From Rhodothermales bacterium (GTDB lineage Bacteria; Bacteroidota; Rhodothermia; Rhodothermales; VXPQ01), in assembly GCA_040904565.1 (NCBI GenBank), contig JBBDTI010000035.1, forward strand, positions 1-40,954: a stretch of 40,954 nucleotides of DNA. Reading direction: 5' to 3'. Both the position numbers and the translations under genes were made by a program. Below, one piece after another: positions 1 through 9,559 of the stretch; positions within the stretch are counted from its first letter, which is position 1, and the number at the start of each line of letters is the position of its first letter. The notes under the pieces are model-generated. The model was not told the DNA's origin, did no database searches, and saw only the letters and a list, made by a program, of their open reading frames with translations.

Positions 1-556
1 TGCCGGAGGACTCGATCTTGGCCTTGATGATCTCTTCATTGATGAGTTCCTCGGAAATCGCCGTGGCGAGGCGATAGATAACCCGCTCTCTCTGGGCGGG
101 GATGAGTCCCTGTCCGAAGATGGGCCGGCGTTCGCGCGGGTTGAAGAGCATCGTAATGGCGAGCCAGTTCGTGAAGAACCCGATCAGTCCGCTGACGGAC
201 ACGATGCGGAGGAGTCCGTCGAGATCCATCACGACGTCGCCGACGGTCAGCGTCACTCCGGGGAAGTCCCACATAAAGCTGCCGGCGAACGACGCGGCGA
301 GGATCCACGGAATGATCTTGAGGTAGGGAAGCAGGCGCGCGTGCGCCCCGACGGCGCGAGGCGGCTCGGTGTGTCTCTGCGCGCTCGTCGGCATCGACGG
401 AAGGTGACGCCGCGCGTAGACCCCTATCAGGTCCCGCACCTCGCGCATCCGGCGGCCGGTCAGCTCCTTGGCATCGTCGACGGTCGTCTCGGGCCGCGCG
501 GTCGGTTCTAACGGCGCGTCCGTCAGGTCACGTTCTGTAGGTTCGGAAGGCTCCAC
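1..556 (-). CDS. DUF445 family membrane protein (5' part; runs off left edge; absent from ORF track)
   Basis: Manual translation from GTG at 556 is open to base 1 and includes GLIGFFTNWLAITMLFNPRERRPIFGQGLIPAQRE, the DUF445 N-terminal GxxTNxxAIxMLFxP...GxIP signature. Start codon is uncertain. Confidence 0.75.
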   Translation of the reverse strand, partial: MEPSEPTERDLTDAPLEPTARPETTVDDAKELTGRRMREVRDLIGVYARRHLPSMPTSAQRHTEPPRAVGAHARLLPYLKIIPWILAASFAGSFMWDFPGVTLTVGDVVMDLDGLLRIVSVSGLIGFFTNWLAITMLFNPRERRPIFGQGLIPAQRERVIYRLATAISEELINEEIIKAKIESSG

Positions 557-613
557 GAAAAGTGTGTTCTTGTTCGATGCGTGCGCTGGCCGGGCCGAGA
601 AGTGAAGGACCTC

Positions 614-1546
614 TTAGAAGAGATCGACGAGCGACATATGCTTCAAATACTTCTCCGGGTCCCGCCGTATTTCCTCGAGGATGGAGTGGACGGACGCCAT
701 CGTCGAGTCCATTCGCCGGTACAGGCCCGGATCGTTGACGAGTAGCCCCAACGTGCCTTCCCCCGAGTTCACCTTGACGAGGATCTCGTCGAGCGACTGC
801 GTCGTGCGATCGAGCGTCGCGAGGGATCGATCGAGCCGGCGCATCGATCGGTTGAGTCCGTTCAGGGCCTCGGCCAGGGTATCGGAGCCGGTCTCCGAGA
901 GGTCCGCCATGCCGGCCGAGAACGATTCCACGTTCCGGATGGTCCGGCGGATGGACTCCCGCTCGCTGCGGAGCGTCGCGGAAAGTGTCTCAGAGGCGTC
1001 GCGCAGCGCTTCGAGCGCCGGGGTGACGTTTCCTTCCGCGCCCTGCAGGAGCACGTCGGCACCTTCCAGGGCCGCGTTGGCATTCGCCAGCACGCGATCG
1101 AGCTGTCCGGCTATGGCCGGACCGCGCTCTGCCATCGTTGCCAGCAGGTCTTCCTGGTCGCGTCCGGGGATGAAGCCGCCGGGAGGTAGGGCTTCATTCT
1201 CGGGTGGCCCCAGATGAAGGTTCATGTGGAGGCTGGCCAGCGCAGCGATGCCGCCGATCGAGGCGTAGGACCCCTCCGGCACGCGAACGGCCTCGTCGAG
1301 CTGGAAGCGCACGCGGACGTTCTCCGACGCCGGATCGAGCTCGACCGACTTCACCGAGCCGACGTGGACGCCGCTGACGCGGACCCCCGTACCGGTCGTC
1401 AGCCCGTCGACGTTTTCGAACGTGGTATTCAGCGCGTACGTGCTCCGAAACAGCGGAACGTCCTCCAGGTAGCGGACGCCCAGTATGAAGATGACTGCAG
1501 CCGCCACGAGGCTTATGCCGACCGCCAGCTCTTTAGAATATCTCAC
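614..1546 (-). CDS. mlaD: MlaD/MCE family lipid transport substrate-binding protein
   Basis: N-terminal TM anchor, MCE motif FENVDGLTTGTGVRVSGVHVGSV, helical C-terminus with GEGTLGLLVNDPGLY; lies downstream of the ATPase and permease. Confidence 0.9.
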   Translation of the reverse strand: MRYSKELAVGISLVAAAVIFILGVRYLEDVPLFRSTYALNTTFENVDGLTTGTGVRVSGVHVGSVKSVELDPASENVRVRFQLDEAVRVPEGSYASIGGIAALASLHMNLHLGPPENEALPPGGFIPGRDQEDLLATMAERGPAIAGQLDRVLANANAALEGADVLLQGAEGNVTPALEALRDASETLSATLRSERESIRRTIRNVESFSAGMADLSETGSDTLAEALNGLNRSMRRLDRSLATLDRTTQSLDEILVKVNSGEGTLGLLVNDPGLYRRMDSTMASVHSILEEIRRDPEKYLKHMSLVDLF

Positions 1547-1572
1547 GGGGTTCTCGGGTGATTGTCTAGAGT

Positions 1573-2337
1573 CTATCGGGGTACGGCGGCCGAGGATCGG
1601 GGACCGATGGCGTACTCGTTCGCGCGCACAAAACGCAGCAGGGGTTCGTTTTCGCTCTCATGCAGCTCGTCTACGGTGCCCGTCCACGCGATGCGGGCCT
1701 CGTGGATGAACGCCACGCGGTCCGCGATGGAGAGGACCGAGTGCATGTCGTGCGTGATGACGATGCTCGTCGAATTCAGTCGATCGTTCATCGAGTTGAT
1801 GAGCTCGTCGATTAGATTCGAGGTCTCGGGGTCGAGTCCACTCGTGGGCTCGTCGTAGATGATGTATTTCGGTTTCAACGCGATAGCTCTTGCGAGAGCC
1901 ACGCGCTTCTGCATTCCGCCGGACAGCTCGGACGGCATCTTGTCGCCCACTTTAGGCAGGTGCACGACGTCGAGGCACTCGTTGACGAGATCTCGCACCC
2001 TTGCCTCGCTGTGATCGGTAAACGTGTGAAGCGGAAAGGCCACGTTGTCGAAGGCGGACATCGAGTCGAACAGGGCACCGCCCTGGAAAAGTACGCCGAA
2101 CTTCCGCCGAACGTGCCGGAGCTCCTTGTAGGACACCCGGTTGATGTCGACGCCGTCGACGAGCACGCGACCGGCGTCCGGCTTCAGGAGCCCGATGGCA
2201 TGCTTCATAAGCACGCTCTTCCCCGACCCCGATCGACCGATGACGGCCAGCGTCTCGCCCTCCCGGATGTCGAGGCAGACGTCGTCCAGCACGACGGTGC
2301 CGTCAAAACTTTTATCGATGTGTTCGAGCTTGATCAT
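1573..2337 (-). CDS. mlaF: MlaF/Mkl-type ABC transporter ATP-binding protein
   Basis: Walker A GRSGSGKS, LFQGGALFDSM, signature LSGGMQKRVALARA, YDEPTSGLDP, THD. Confidence 0.92.
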   Translation of the reverse strand: MIKLEHIDKSFDGTVVLDDVCLDIREGETLAVIGRSGSGKSVLMKHAIGLLKPDAGRVLVDGVDINRVSYKELRHVRRKFGVLFQGGALFDSMSAFDNVAFPLHTFTDHSEARVRDLVNECLDVVHLPKVGDKMPSELSGGMQKRVALARAIALKPKYIIYDEPTSGLDPETSNLIDELINSMNDRLNSTSIVITHDMHSVLSIADRVAFIHEARIAWTGTVDELHESENEPLLRFVRANEYAIGPRSSAAVPR

Positions 2338-2353
2338 GCGTCGTCGAGACGGA

Positions 2354-3202
2354 TCAGAGAAGAAGCAGGGCCAGGAGCAGGTCGGCCACGAGAATAAAGA
2401 CGCAGCTCATTACGGCAGCCTGCGTCGTGCTCGATCCGACGCCCTCGGCTCCGCCGGAGGTGAAGTAACCCATGTAGCAGGAAATGGACGTAATGATGAA
2501 GCCGAACACGACGGCCTTAATGAGTCCGAACATTGCGTCGAACGGCCGGAAGAACTCCCGGGCTCCCTCAAAGTACTGCGCCGTGGTCAGATAGCCGCCG
2601 ATGTTCGCGACGAAGACCCCGCCGGCGATGCCCACGAAGCATGCGGCCACATAGAGCATGGGAAACATGATGACGCCGGCCAGGATACGGGGCGCGATAA
2701 GGTAGCTGGTCGAGTTGAGGCCCATGGCCTCGAGGGCGTCGATCTGCTCCGTCACCCTCATCGTGCCCAGCTCTGCCGCAATACGGGCACCCACGCGACC
2801 GGCCAGAATAAAACCTGTGACGACGGCACCGAGTTCGAGGATGATGGATGGAGCGACGATCGCACCGATTACCGTCGCCGGGATCAGCGGGGAGACGAGC
2901 TGGTAAGCGGCCTGGACGGTCGTCACGGCACCGGAAAAGGCGGCAGCGAGCGTCACGATAGGCAGCGACTCGATGCCTATCCGCATCATTTGATCGAGCG
3001 TGTTCTCCCGGTACGTACGAAAATCATCCAGAGAAATGAACGCATTTACGATCAGCACGGCGTACGTGCCGAGAATGTGGAAGGGTCTGGCAACCCATGA
3101 CATGGAATACGACATGGCGCTATCGTCCCGTGCGTAAGTCGGTGAGGTGCTTCGAACGGCTTGCCGGGCATCCGGTTCGGTCTCTCGATTCGGCCCGGCC
3201 AT
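2354..3202 (-). CDS. mlaE: MlaE family ABC permease (start may be at 3115)
   Basis: ELGAVVTGFILAGRVGARIAAELGTMRVTEQIDALEAMG and GGAEGVGSSTTQAAV motifs. Confidence 0.92.
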   Translation of the reverse strand: MAGPNRETEPDARQAVRSTSPTYARDDSAMSYSMSWVARPFHILGTYAVLIVNAFISLDDFRTYRENTLDQMMRIGIESLPIVTLAAAFSGAVTTVQAAYQLVSPLIPATVIGAIVAPSIILELGAVVTGFILAGRVGARIAAELGTMRVTEQIDALEAMGLNSTSYLIAPRILAGVIMFPMLYVAACFVGIAGGVFVANIGGYLTTAQYFEGAREFFRPFDAMFGLIKAVVFGFIITSISCYMGYFTSGGAEGVGSSTTQAAVMSCVFILVADLLLALLLL

Positions 3203-3433
3203 CCGGTCCGGCTGCCTATTCCGTAGAATCGGCCCATCGATCAGGCCCGTCTGTTCGGCGCGGAGAACCGATCTTCGGCCCGATCCGTCCGTTCGAGACG
3301 GATCGCTGCTCCTTTCGTTTGTCGCGCAGCGTACCTTTGTGTTACATGGCGGATACTACGCAATGTTAGGGTGACAATCAGCTGTCACCTCCGCGGTCTA
3401 CCTTGGAAGACGTTGGGACGGAAAGGAGGAGAC

Positions 3434-3503
3434 CACAGAAGAATATGGCACAGAAGAATATGGCGATTGAACGTGGCCATTGAACGTGGCGATTGACCAT
3501 GGC
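3434..3503 (+). repeat. Compound tandem repeat: 2x15 bp CACAGAAGAATATGG then 3x13 bp (G/C)ATTGA(A/C)C(G/A)TGGC
   Basis: Read directly: 3434-3448 and 3449-3463 are identical; 3465-3477, 3478-3490 and 3491-3503 are near-identical, and the last copy contains the radA ATG. Confidence 0.85.
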
Positions 3504-4860
3504 GAAGACGAAAACGAGGTACGTGTGTCAGGAGTGCGGTCATGCCTCGCACCGCTGGATGGGACAGTGTCCGCAGTGTGAGACCTGGAATACGTTCGTA
3601 GAGGAGATCGTCTCGAACGGCGTCAAGGCGAGGGTATCCACGCTGCAGTCGTCGGGGCGGAACGGACGAGCGCCCCAGTCCCTCCGCGAGGTGGAGCTGG
3701 GCGAGGAGACGCGGATTGTTACCGGAGTCGGCGAGTTCGACCGGGTGCTGGGTGGGGGCATCATGCATGGATCGCTGATTCTCATCGCCGGCGATCCGGG
3801 CATCGGCAAGAGCACGCTGATGACGGAGCTCGGCAAGTATCTTCCGGAGCGAACCGTGCTGTACGTCACGGGGGAGGAGTCCGTGCGGCAGGTGAAGCTG
3901 CGTGCCGAGCGACTGGGGGTGGATTCCGACCGCTTCTTGCTGCTGTCCGAGACGAACGTGGAGGCCATTACGGACGCCGCGCAGCGGACGAAGCCGGACC
4001 TCATGGTGGTCGATTCCATTCAGACGGTGTTTCGGCCGGACGTGCAGAGTGCGCCCGGATCGGTGAGCCAGGTCCGGGAGAGTGCCTCCACCCTTCTGCA
4101 GGTCACGAAGGAGATGGACTTCCCTACGTTCCTGGTCGGACACGTGACCAAGCAGGGATCCATTGCGGGGCCGCGCGTGCTCGAGCACATGGTCGATACC
4201 GTCTTGCATTTCGAGGGGGATCGGCATCACGCGTTCCGCATTCTCCGCAGCGTGAAGAACCGGTTTGGCTCGGCGAACGAGATCGGCGTGTTTGAGATGA
4301 GCGCGACGGGTCTCCGCGAGGTGACGAACCCGAGCGAGATATTCCTGTCGGAACGCGGTCACGATGTGTCGGGCTCGTCCGTCGTCTGCTCGATGGAAGG
4401 CACGCGGCCCGTACTCGTCGAGATCCAGGCGCTCGTTACGTCGACGTCCTACGGCACGCCGCAGCGGACGGCGACGGGCTTCGACTCGAGGCGCTTGCAG
4501 ATGCTCCTGGCCGTGCTGGAGAAACGGGAGGGACTCCGGCTGTCGACGCACGACGTGTTCGTCAACGCGGCGGGTGGCGTGCGGCTGGACGAACCGGCCG
4601 TCGATCTGGGCGTCATCGTGGCCGTGGCGTCGTCCTTTCGGGACCTGGAAATCGACCGGCAGACGCTCTTCGTCGGCGAGATCGGACTCGGCGGGGAGCT
4701 CCGCTCCGTGGGCATGATCGAGTCCCGCCTGAAGGAGGCCGCCAAGCTCGGCTTCAAGCGAGCGGTGGTTCCGAAGAGCAACCTGAAGGGGCTCGGCAAG
4801 ACGCCGCTGGACGTGATCGGGGCGGAAGGCGTGCATCACGTGCTCGACCTGGTGCTGTAG
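3499..4860 (+). CDS. radA: DNA repair protein RadA/Sms
   Basis: C4 zinc finger CQECG...CPQC, Walker A GDPGIGKST, KNRFG motif, Lon-like C-terminal domain. Confidence 0.97.
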   Translation: MAKTKTRYVCQECGHASHRWMGQCPQCETWNTFVEEIVSNGVKARVSTLQSSGRNGRAPQSLREVELGEETRIVTGVGEFDRVLGGGIMHGSLILIAGDPGIGKSTLMTELGKYLPERTVLYVTGEESVRQVKLRAERLGVDSDRFLLLSETNVEAITDAAQRTKPDLMVVDSIQTVFRPDVQSAPGSVSQVRESASTLLQVTKEMDFPTFLVGHVTKQGSIAGPRVLEHMVDTVLHFEGDRHHAFRILRSVKNRFGSANEIGVFEMSATGLREVTNPSEIFLSERGHDVSGSSVVCSMEGTRPVLVEIQALVTSTSYGTPQRTATGFDSRRLQMLLAVLEKREGLRLSTHDVFVNAAGGVRLDEPAVDLGVIVAVASSFRDLEIDRQTLFVGEIGLGGELRSVGMIESRLKEAAKLGFKRAVVPKSNLKGLGKTPLDVIGAEGVHHVLDLVL

Positions 4861-5000
4861 CAAGAAGCCCGTCGGGACGGGCCGGCAGAGAAAATGTGCA
4901 GATCAAGGCGTGCGACAAGCCGAGAATGAGGCGTACTCACGTACGCCGCAGTGATCGGCGAGGAGCACAACGCGGAGCTGCGCAGTTTATCAACGGCCTG

Positions 5001-5540
5001 CTAGAACCAGCGGCGTCCAACCTTCGCCGTGATAATGCCCGTGTTCATTCCCACCCAGTGCATCGAACCGTTGTAGCGGCCGTGCTCCATCTTGATGCAG
5101 CGGTCCATCACGACGTCGATCCCGGCGTCTTCAGCCATCTCGGCGGCCTCGACGCTGATGACGCGGAGCTGCAGCCAGAGGGAGTTCGCACCGATCTCTA
5201 CGGCCTGGCTGGCGATGGTCGGACATTCACGGCCGGGCCTGAAGACATCCACCATATCCACCTCATGTGGAACGCTGAGCAGATCGGGGTAGGCCGTCCT
5301 GCCGTGCCACGATTCAAGCGTGGGATTTACGGGGATGATGTCGTAGCCGGCGTACTCTAGGTACGTCGCCACGAAATGGCTCGCCTTCTGACGGTTGGAA
5401 GAGAGGCCGACGATCGCGATCGTCCTGGTACGTGCGAGCACGTCGCGAATGACGGCCGTGTTCTGAAAACGCTCTCTGAGTTCCGGCTCCAGGGCGGAGT
5501 TCAGAGTGAGATCGCATGCAAGGCTCTGTCCAGATCCCAT
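5001..5540 (-). CDS. CoA-binding protein (YccU-like)
   Basis: TIAIVGLS...SHFVATYL..AGYDIIPVNP, VDMVDVFR, LWLQL, VVMDRCIKMEH motifs. Confidence 0.9.
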   Translation of the reverse strand: MGSGQSLACDLTLNSALEPELRERFQNTAVIRDVLARTRTIAIVGLSSNRQKASHFVATYLEYAGYDIIPVNPTLESWHGRTAYPDLLSVPHEVDMVDVFRPGRECPTIASQAVEIGANSLWLQLRVISVEAAEMAEDAGIDVVMDRCIKMEHGRYNGSMHWVGMNTGIITAKVGRRWF

Positions 5541-6865
5541 ATCAAGTCGTCCGCTGTTTCGAGTCCGATAGAAAGCCGGATCATCTCCGGCCGTACACCG
5601 CTTTCTTCCAGTTCTTCGTCCGACAGCTGCTGATGGGTCGTCGATGCCGGATGTATCACGAGACTCTTTGCGTCGCCGATGTTCGCCAGGTGGGAGAACA
5701 GCTGGAGGGCCTCGATAAACTGCTTGCCGGCCATCCGCGGTCCGCCGCCGCCATGCTCGACCCCGAACGAAAAGACCGCTCCGGGTCCGTCGGGCACGTA
5801 CTTCCGCGCCAGATCGTAGTAAGGGCTATCCGGCAGGCCCGCGTAGTTGATCCACGCGACGCGCGGATGATCGCTCAGGAATTCGGCGACGGTGCGGGCA
5901 TTGGCTACGTGGCGCTCCATGCGAACCGACAGCGTCTCCAGGCCCTGTATGAGCAGAAAGGCGTCGAAGGGTGACTGGGAGGCACCCACGTCGCGCAGCG
6001 TCTCCGCCCGCGCTTTCATGAGGAAGCCGTGGTGCCCGAAGGTGTCGAAGAAGCGAAGTCCATGATACGACGGGGACGGGTCGGCTATCGTCGCGTAGCG
6101 GCTGAAGTCGAACGTGCCGGCGTCGCAAATGGCGCCGCCGATGGTCGATCCGTGGCCGCCGATGAATTTGGTCGCCGAATGCACGACCATCTCCGCGCCC
6201 CAGTCGATCGGCCGGCACAGGTAGGGTGTAGCAAACGTATTATCGACGACGAGGGGGATGCGATGTGCCTCGGCGAGATGCGCGATCCGCTCGATGTCGA
6301 GGATGCTGCCCTGCGGATTGCCGATCGTCTCGCCGTAGAGCACCTTCGTTTCCGGCGTGATGGCCGCCTCCCACGCGTCCATGTCGCCCGGGTCGACGAA
6401 CCGGGTCGTGATCCCCAGCTTTCTAAACGAATGCGAGAATTGCGTGCGCGTACCGCCGTAGAGGTGGGACGACGACACGATCTCGTCGCCCGGATCGAGC
6501 AGCGTCATCATCGTGATGAACTGAGCCGACATGCCACTGGCCGTCGCCACGGTGCCCGTTGCATTTTCCAGCGAGGCGAGGCGCTCTTCGAAGACGGCCG
6601 TGGTCGGATTGTTGATTCGTGTATAGATGTTGCCGTACTGCTTCAGCTCGAACAGCTGCGCCGCGAAATCGGTGTCTTCGAAGACGTACGACGTCGTTTG
6701 ATAGATGGGGACGGCGCGCGACCCGGTGACGGCATCCGGAATGTGTCCCGCATGCAACATGCGGGTCTCGAAACCGAATACTCTCTGTGACTCGTCGGTG
6801 CGTTCTTCCGCGTTGCTGTTGCGGGGGGTGGACGGTGAACTGGACGGGGAAGAGGCGTCTGACAT
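5501..6865 (-). CDS. metY: O-acetylhomoserine aminocarboxypropyltransferase/sulfhydrylase (MetY/MET17 family, PLP)
   Basis: PIYQTTSY, GNIYTRINNPT, HSATKFIGGHG (PLP lysine), HLANIGDAKSLVIHPASTTHQQL. Start placed at ATG 6865 rather than the ORF-track 7021. Confidence 0.92.
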   Translation of the reverse strand: MSDASSPSSSPSTPRNSNAEERTDESQRVFGFETRMLHAGHIPDAVTGSRAVPIYQTTSYVFEDTDFAAQLFELKQYGNIYTRINNPTTAVFEERLASLENATGTVATASGMSAQFITMMTLLDPGDEIVSSSHLYGGTRTQFSHSFRKLGITTRFVDPGDMDAWEAAITPETKVLYGETIGNPQGSILDIERIAHLAEAHRIPLVVDNTFATPYLCRPIDWGAEMVVHSATKFIGGHGSTIGGAICDAGTFDFSRYATIADPSPSYHGLRFFDTFGHHGFLMKARAETLRDVGASQSPFDAFLLIQGLETLSVRMERHVANARTVAEFLSDHPRVAWINYAGLPDSPYYDLARKYVPDGPGAVFSFGVEHGGGGPRMAGKQFIEALQLFSHLANIGDAKSLVIHPASTTHQQLSDEELEESGVRPEMIRLSIGLETADDLIWDLDRALHAISL

Positions 6866-7086
6866 GGCTACGTCGGAGATAAAATCGGTTGCGACGCCAT
6901 TTAACAGAAGCCGTGCCCGGAAGTTCGTTCGCGGCGGAGTTTGCGCGATGCGTAGTACCGCGATGCGCAGTAAATCGGGGCGGCGGACAATAATCGCGCG
7001 ATCCGCCACGTTTTGATTCACGTAGGTCGCGGGCGCGGCGACTACACCCTACATGTGCCTGATGGAAGCCAGTAACACACTACCGG

Positions 7087-7683
7087 ATGCATTCAACCGA
7101 TGAGGCCCTCGTGGCCGCCTACATCGATGACGACGACCAGGACGCATTCCGCGAGCTGGTCGAGCGCCACCAGGATCAGGTGTTCGGGTACCTGATGGGG
7201 ATGGTTCGCGACCGCACCGTGGCGAACGACCTCTTTCAGGAGACCTTCCTGCGCGTGATTCAGGCGATGAAGCGAAACCGCGGGTCGTACGTCAGGCGGG
7301 GACGCTGGCTGTCCTGGGTGATGACCATCGCGCGCAACGCCGCGCTGGATCATCTGCGGAAGCGCAAGAAATGGACGGACGTCGATACCGGAGATGGGGC
7401 GTACTGGGACCGGCTCCCGGACGACGACCGGCCGATCGACGGGAAGGTCGACCTCGACCAGCGGGTGGAGCTGCTGGAAATGTGCATCGGACGGCTTCCT
7501 CCCGAACAGCGCGAGGTGGTCATGCTGCGTCACGAAACCGATCTGACATTTCGTGAGATCGCAGAGCTGACAGAGGTGTCGATCAATACGGCGCTGGGGC
7601 GCATGCGTTACGCATTGATCAACCTTCGAAAGATGATGAAAGTAGAACTTACGGATGATGCCGAGCGCATCAGCACGGCATGA
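7087..7683 (+). CDS. ECF (sigma-70 group IV) RNA polymerase sigma factor
   Basis: Region 2 DLFQETFLRV...WVMTIARNAALDHLRK; region 4 LPPEQREVVMLRH...TFREIAE...SINTALGRMRYAL. Confidence 0.93.
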   Translation: MHSTDEALVAAYIDDDDQDAFRELVERHQDQVFGYLMGMVRDRTVANDLFQETFLRVIQAMKRNRGSYVRRGRWLSWVMTIARNAALDHLRKRKKWTDVDTGDGAYWDRLPDDDRPIDGKVDLDQRVELLEMCIGRLPPEQREVVMLRHETDLTFREIAELTEVSINTALGRMRYALINLRKMMKVELTDDAERISTA

Positions 7684-8477
7684 ACGAGCGAGACGACATG
7701 AGACGTAACGACCTCTGGTTGATGGAGCTGTACGAGGGTTCGGGCTCCGGTGTCGATCCCTCCGATTCGGAAGATGCCGCCGAAGCTGCGGCGTTGCGCG
7801 AGATGAAAGTGCTGCTGGACGCACGATCGCCGGGGCGGCCGGACCCGGCCACGCTCGATGCCGTGTTTGCCGCGGCGCGTGGTGATGGCTCGCCGCGAGG
7901 CGTGCGCCAGGATCGTCCGCCGCAGCACGGCGGGCGTTCCGTCGGGCTCCGGGTGGGCGCCGCCTCTGCACTGGTCGTTCTTCTGATCGGAATCGTGGGC
8001 ATCGTACAGCTGGACGTCTTTACTCCCGATGCCGTCTCCCCGACGGACGGGCCGGCGTCCATACAGGCTGATGCCGCGCCGGCGATTGACGGTCCCGCAG
8101 GTGGGACGGTTGGTGCCGTGCCGGAGGCGAGCGCGGAGGGAACGAGCTCATTGAGAGACGGGGGCGGTGAGCCGGCTGCAAGCGGCGGCGAGGCGCCCGG
8201 CCCGACGCGCGACCGCGGCGTCGGCGCAACCATTCCCGCGTTTCCTGACCTGTCCGAGGCGGGTTTACGCGGAGGGGGCGGCGTCGCCGAGCTCGTCCTG
8301 CCGCCCGCGGAGGTTCCATCATGGGACGAACGGGACGACGTCATCGAGCTCCACAAGCGTATCGAGCGCATAGGCTCCGGGGTCGACGAAGGATGGGGAA
8401 CGCCGGCCGTACCGCTGGAGATGATGCCGGGGGGCCAGGGGAATGACGGGATTCTACCGGCTGGAGAGCGCAGATGA
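7680..8477 (+). CDS. Putative single-pass membrane anti-sigma factor
   Basis: ATGA overlap with the sigma stop, short cytoplasmic N-terminus, one TM (ASALVVLLIGIVGIV), low-complexity outer region. Function inferred from position. Confidence 0.65.
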   Translation: MNERDDMRRNDLWLMELYEGSGSGVDPSDSEDAAEAAALREMKVLLDARSPGRPDPATLDAVFAAARGDGSPRGVRQDRPPQHGGRSVGLRVGAASALVVLLIGIVGIVQLDVFTPDAVSPTDGPASIQADAAPAIDGPAGGTVGAVPEASAEGTSSLRDGGGEPAASGGEAPGPTRDRGVGATIPAFPDLSEAGLRGGGGVAELVLPPAEVPSWDERDDVIELHKRIERIGSGVDEGWGTPAVPLEMMPGGQGNDGILPAGERR

Positions 8478-8598
8478 CGGCGCAGCGTCGTGTGACGCAT
8501 CCACATTCCGGCGTCGTCTTCGGGTTCGGTACATCCCGATACCCTGAGCATCAAGGAATTATCGACCACCTTCAACAACGTATCGTTAGGGATCGATC

Positions 8599-9537
8599 AT
8601 GAAGGCAATACGAATCAACCTATCCGGGACGCTGTTCGTAGCAATGATGGCCCTGCTCTTCTCGACGACCATCACGGCGGCGGCCCAGCAGCAAAGATCG
8701 CTGCGCGTGATCGACGGGGCGGTCTATATCGACGATCGGCGGATTCCAGCTGACGAACTTCCTGAAGGATTGAACCCGGATAACATGAGGGTTAGCTACA
8801 CCTTCAGCGGTCAGAGCGTGCCGATCGTCCGTCTCGGAGATCGCTACTACGCCATCGACGGTGATCGTCTGCGCGTGGCCACGAGGGCAGAGCGAGAGGC
8901 GTTCTTTCCCGATCCCCCATCCGCTCCCGGATTTGAGCGGCCGGACGTCCGTGTCGAATTTCGTGACGGTCCGCCGCCACCTGGAGCTCCGCCGCCACCT
9001 GGAGCTCCGCCGCATACGGCCGTCTTTCACCGTAAGGCGCAGGAGCTCCGCAAAGAGTCCGACCGCCTTCAGGAGCTTCATGAAATGCTTCAGGAACGGT
9101 TTTCGGAGCAGCAGACCCGAGAGCTTGAAGCCGTGGTCCGACGGATGAGCGAGCACGCGTCAGAAGTCGCACAGGTCGCGAGCGAGCTTCCCACGGTGGA
9201 GCTGGAATCGTATCTCGACGAAATCCGTCGTCAGAACCGGGGGTTGTTCGATCGGCTCGTCAGCGAGCGGGAGCTGGAACGGCGGACGCTGGAGATGGCG
9301 GAGCGAATCCGGCGGATGGACGAGAGCGCCGAGCGCATGGAATGGGTGCGTGATCTCCGCGAGCAGCTGGATGAGATCTTCGAGCTGAAGCAGAACAATC
9401 GTCGGCACGAGATCGAACGGCTCGAGGAGCGACTCACCGAGCTGGAGGAGCGCGTGGGAGAGCGGGAACGGATGCGTGAAGAGATCATCGATCGCCGTTT
9501 GCGTGATCTGGTCCGGGACCCCGAAGTAAACCGGTAG
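8599..9537 (+). CDS. Secreted coiled-coil protein with Pro-rich linker
   Basis: Signal peptide (MKAIRINLSGTLFVAMMALLF...AAA), PPPPGAPPPPGAPP linker, E/R-rich helical C-terminus. Confidence 0.8.
   Translation: MKAIRINLSGTLFVAMMALLFSTTITAAAQQQRSLRVIDGAVYIDDRRIPADELPEGLNPDNMRVSYTFSGQSVPIVRLGDRYYAIDGDRLRVATRAEREAFFPDPPSAPGFERPDVRVEFRDGPPPPGAPPPPGAPPHTAVFHRKAQELRKESDRLQELHEMLQERFSEQQTRELEAVVRRMSEHASEVAQVASELPTVELESYLDEIRRQNRGLFDRLVSERELERRTLEMAERIRRMDESAERMEWVRDLREQLDEIFELKQNNRRHEIERLEERLTELEERVGERERMREEIIDRRLRDLVRDPEVNR
8971..9013 (+). repeat. In-frame 18-bp tandem repeat (CCGCCGCCACCTGGAGCT x2.4)
   Basis: Read directly; encodes PPPPGA units. Confidence 0.9.
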
Positions 9538-9559
9538 AATTATCAACCTGGAGGAAGAA

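Noticed and set aside
3434-3503. Possible CRISPR array
   Set aside because: Repeats are 13-15 bp, abut each other without spacers, and there are no cas genes.
3385-4863. 492-aa minus-strand ORF (and similar long antisense ORFs such as 14552-15937, 2141-3100, 22007-22921, 29705-30661)
   Set aside because: Shadow ORFs opposite well-supported genes in GC-rich DNA, with no motifs.
4867-4882. GCCCGTC-GG-GACGGGC hairpin after radA as a terminator
   Set aside because: Short stem with no clear U-tract; plausible but not supportable.
6866-7086. SAM riboswitch upstream of metY
   Set aside because: I could not find SAM-I or SAM-II consensus elements by eye; an Infernal/Rfam scan would be decisive.
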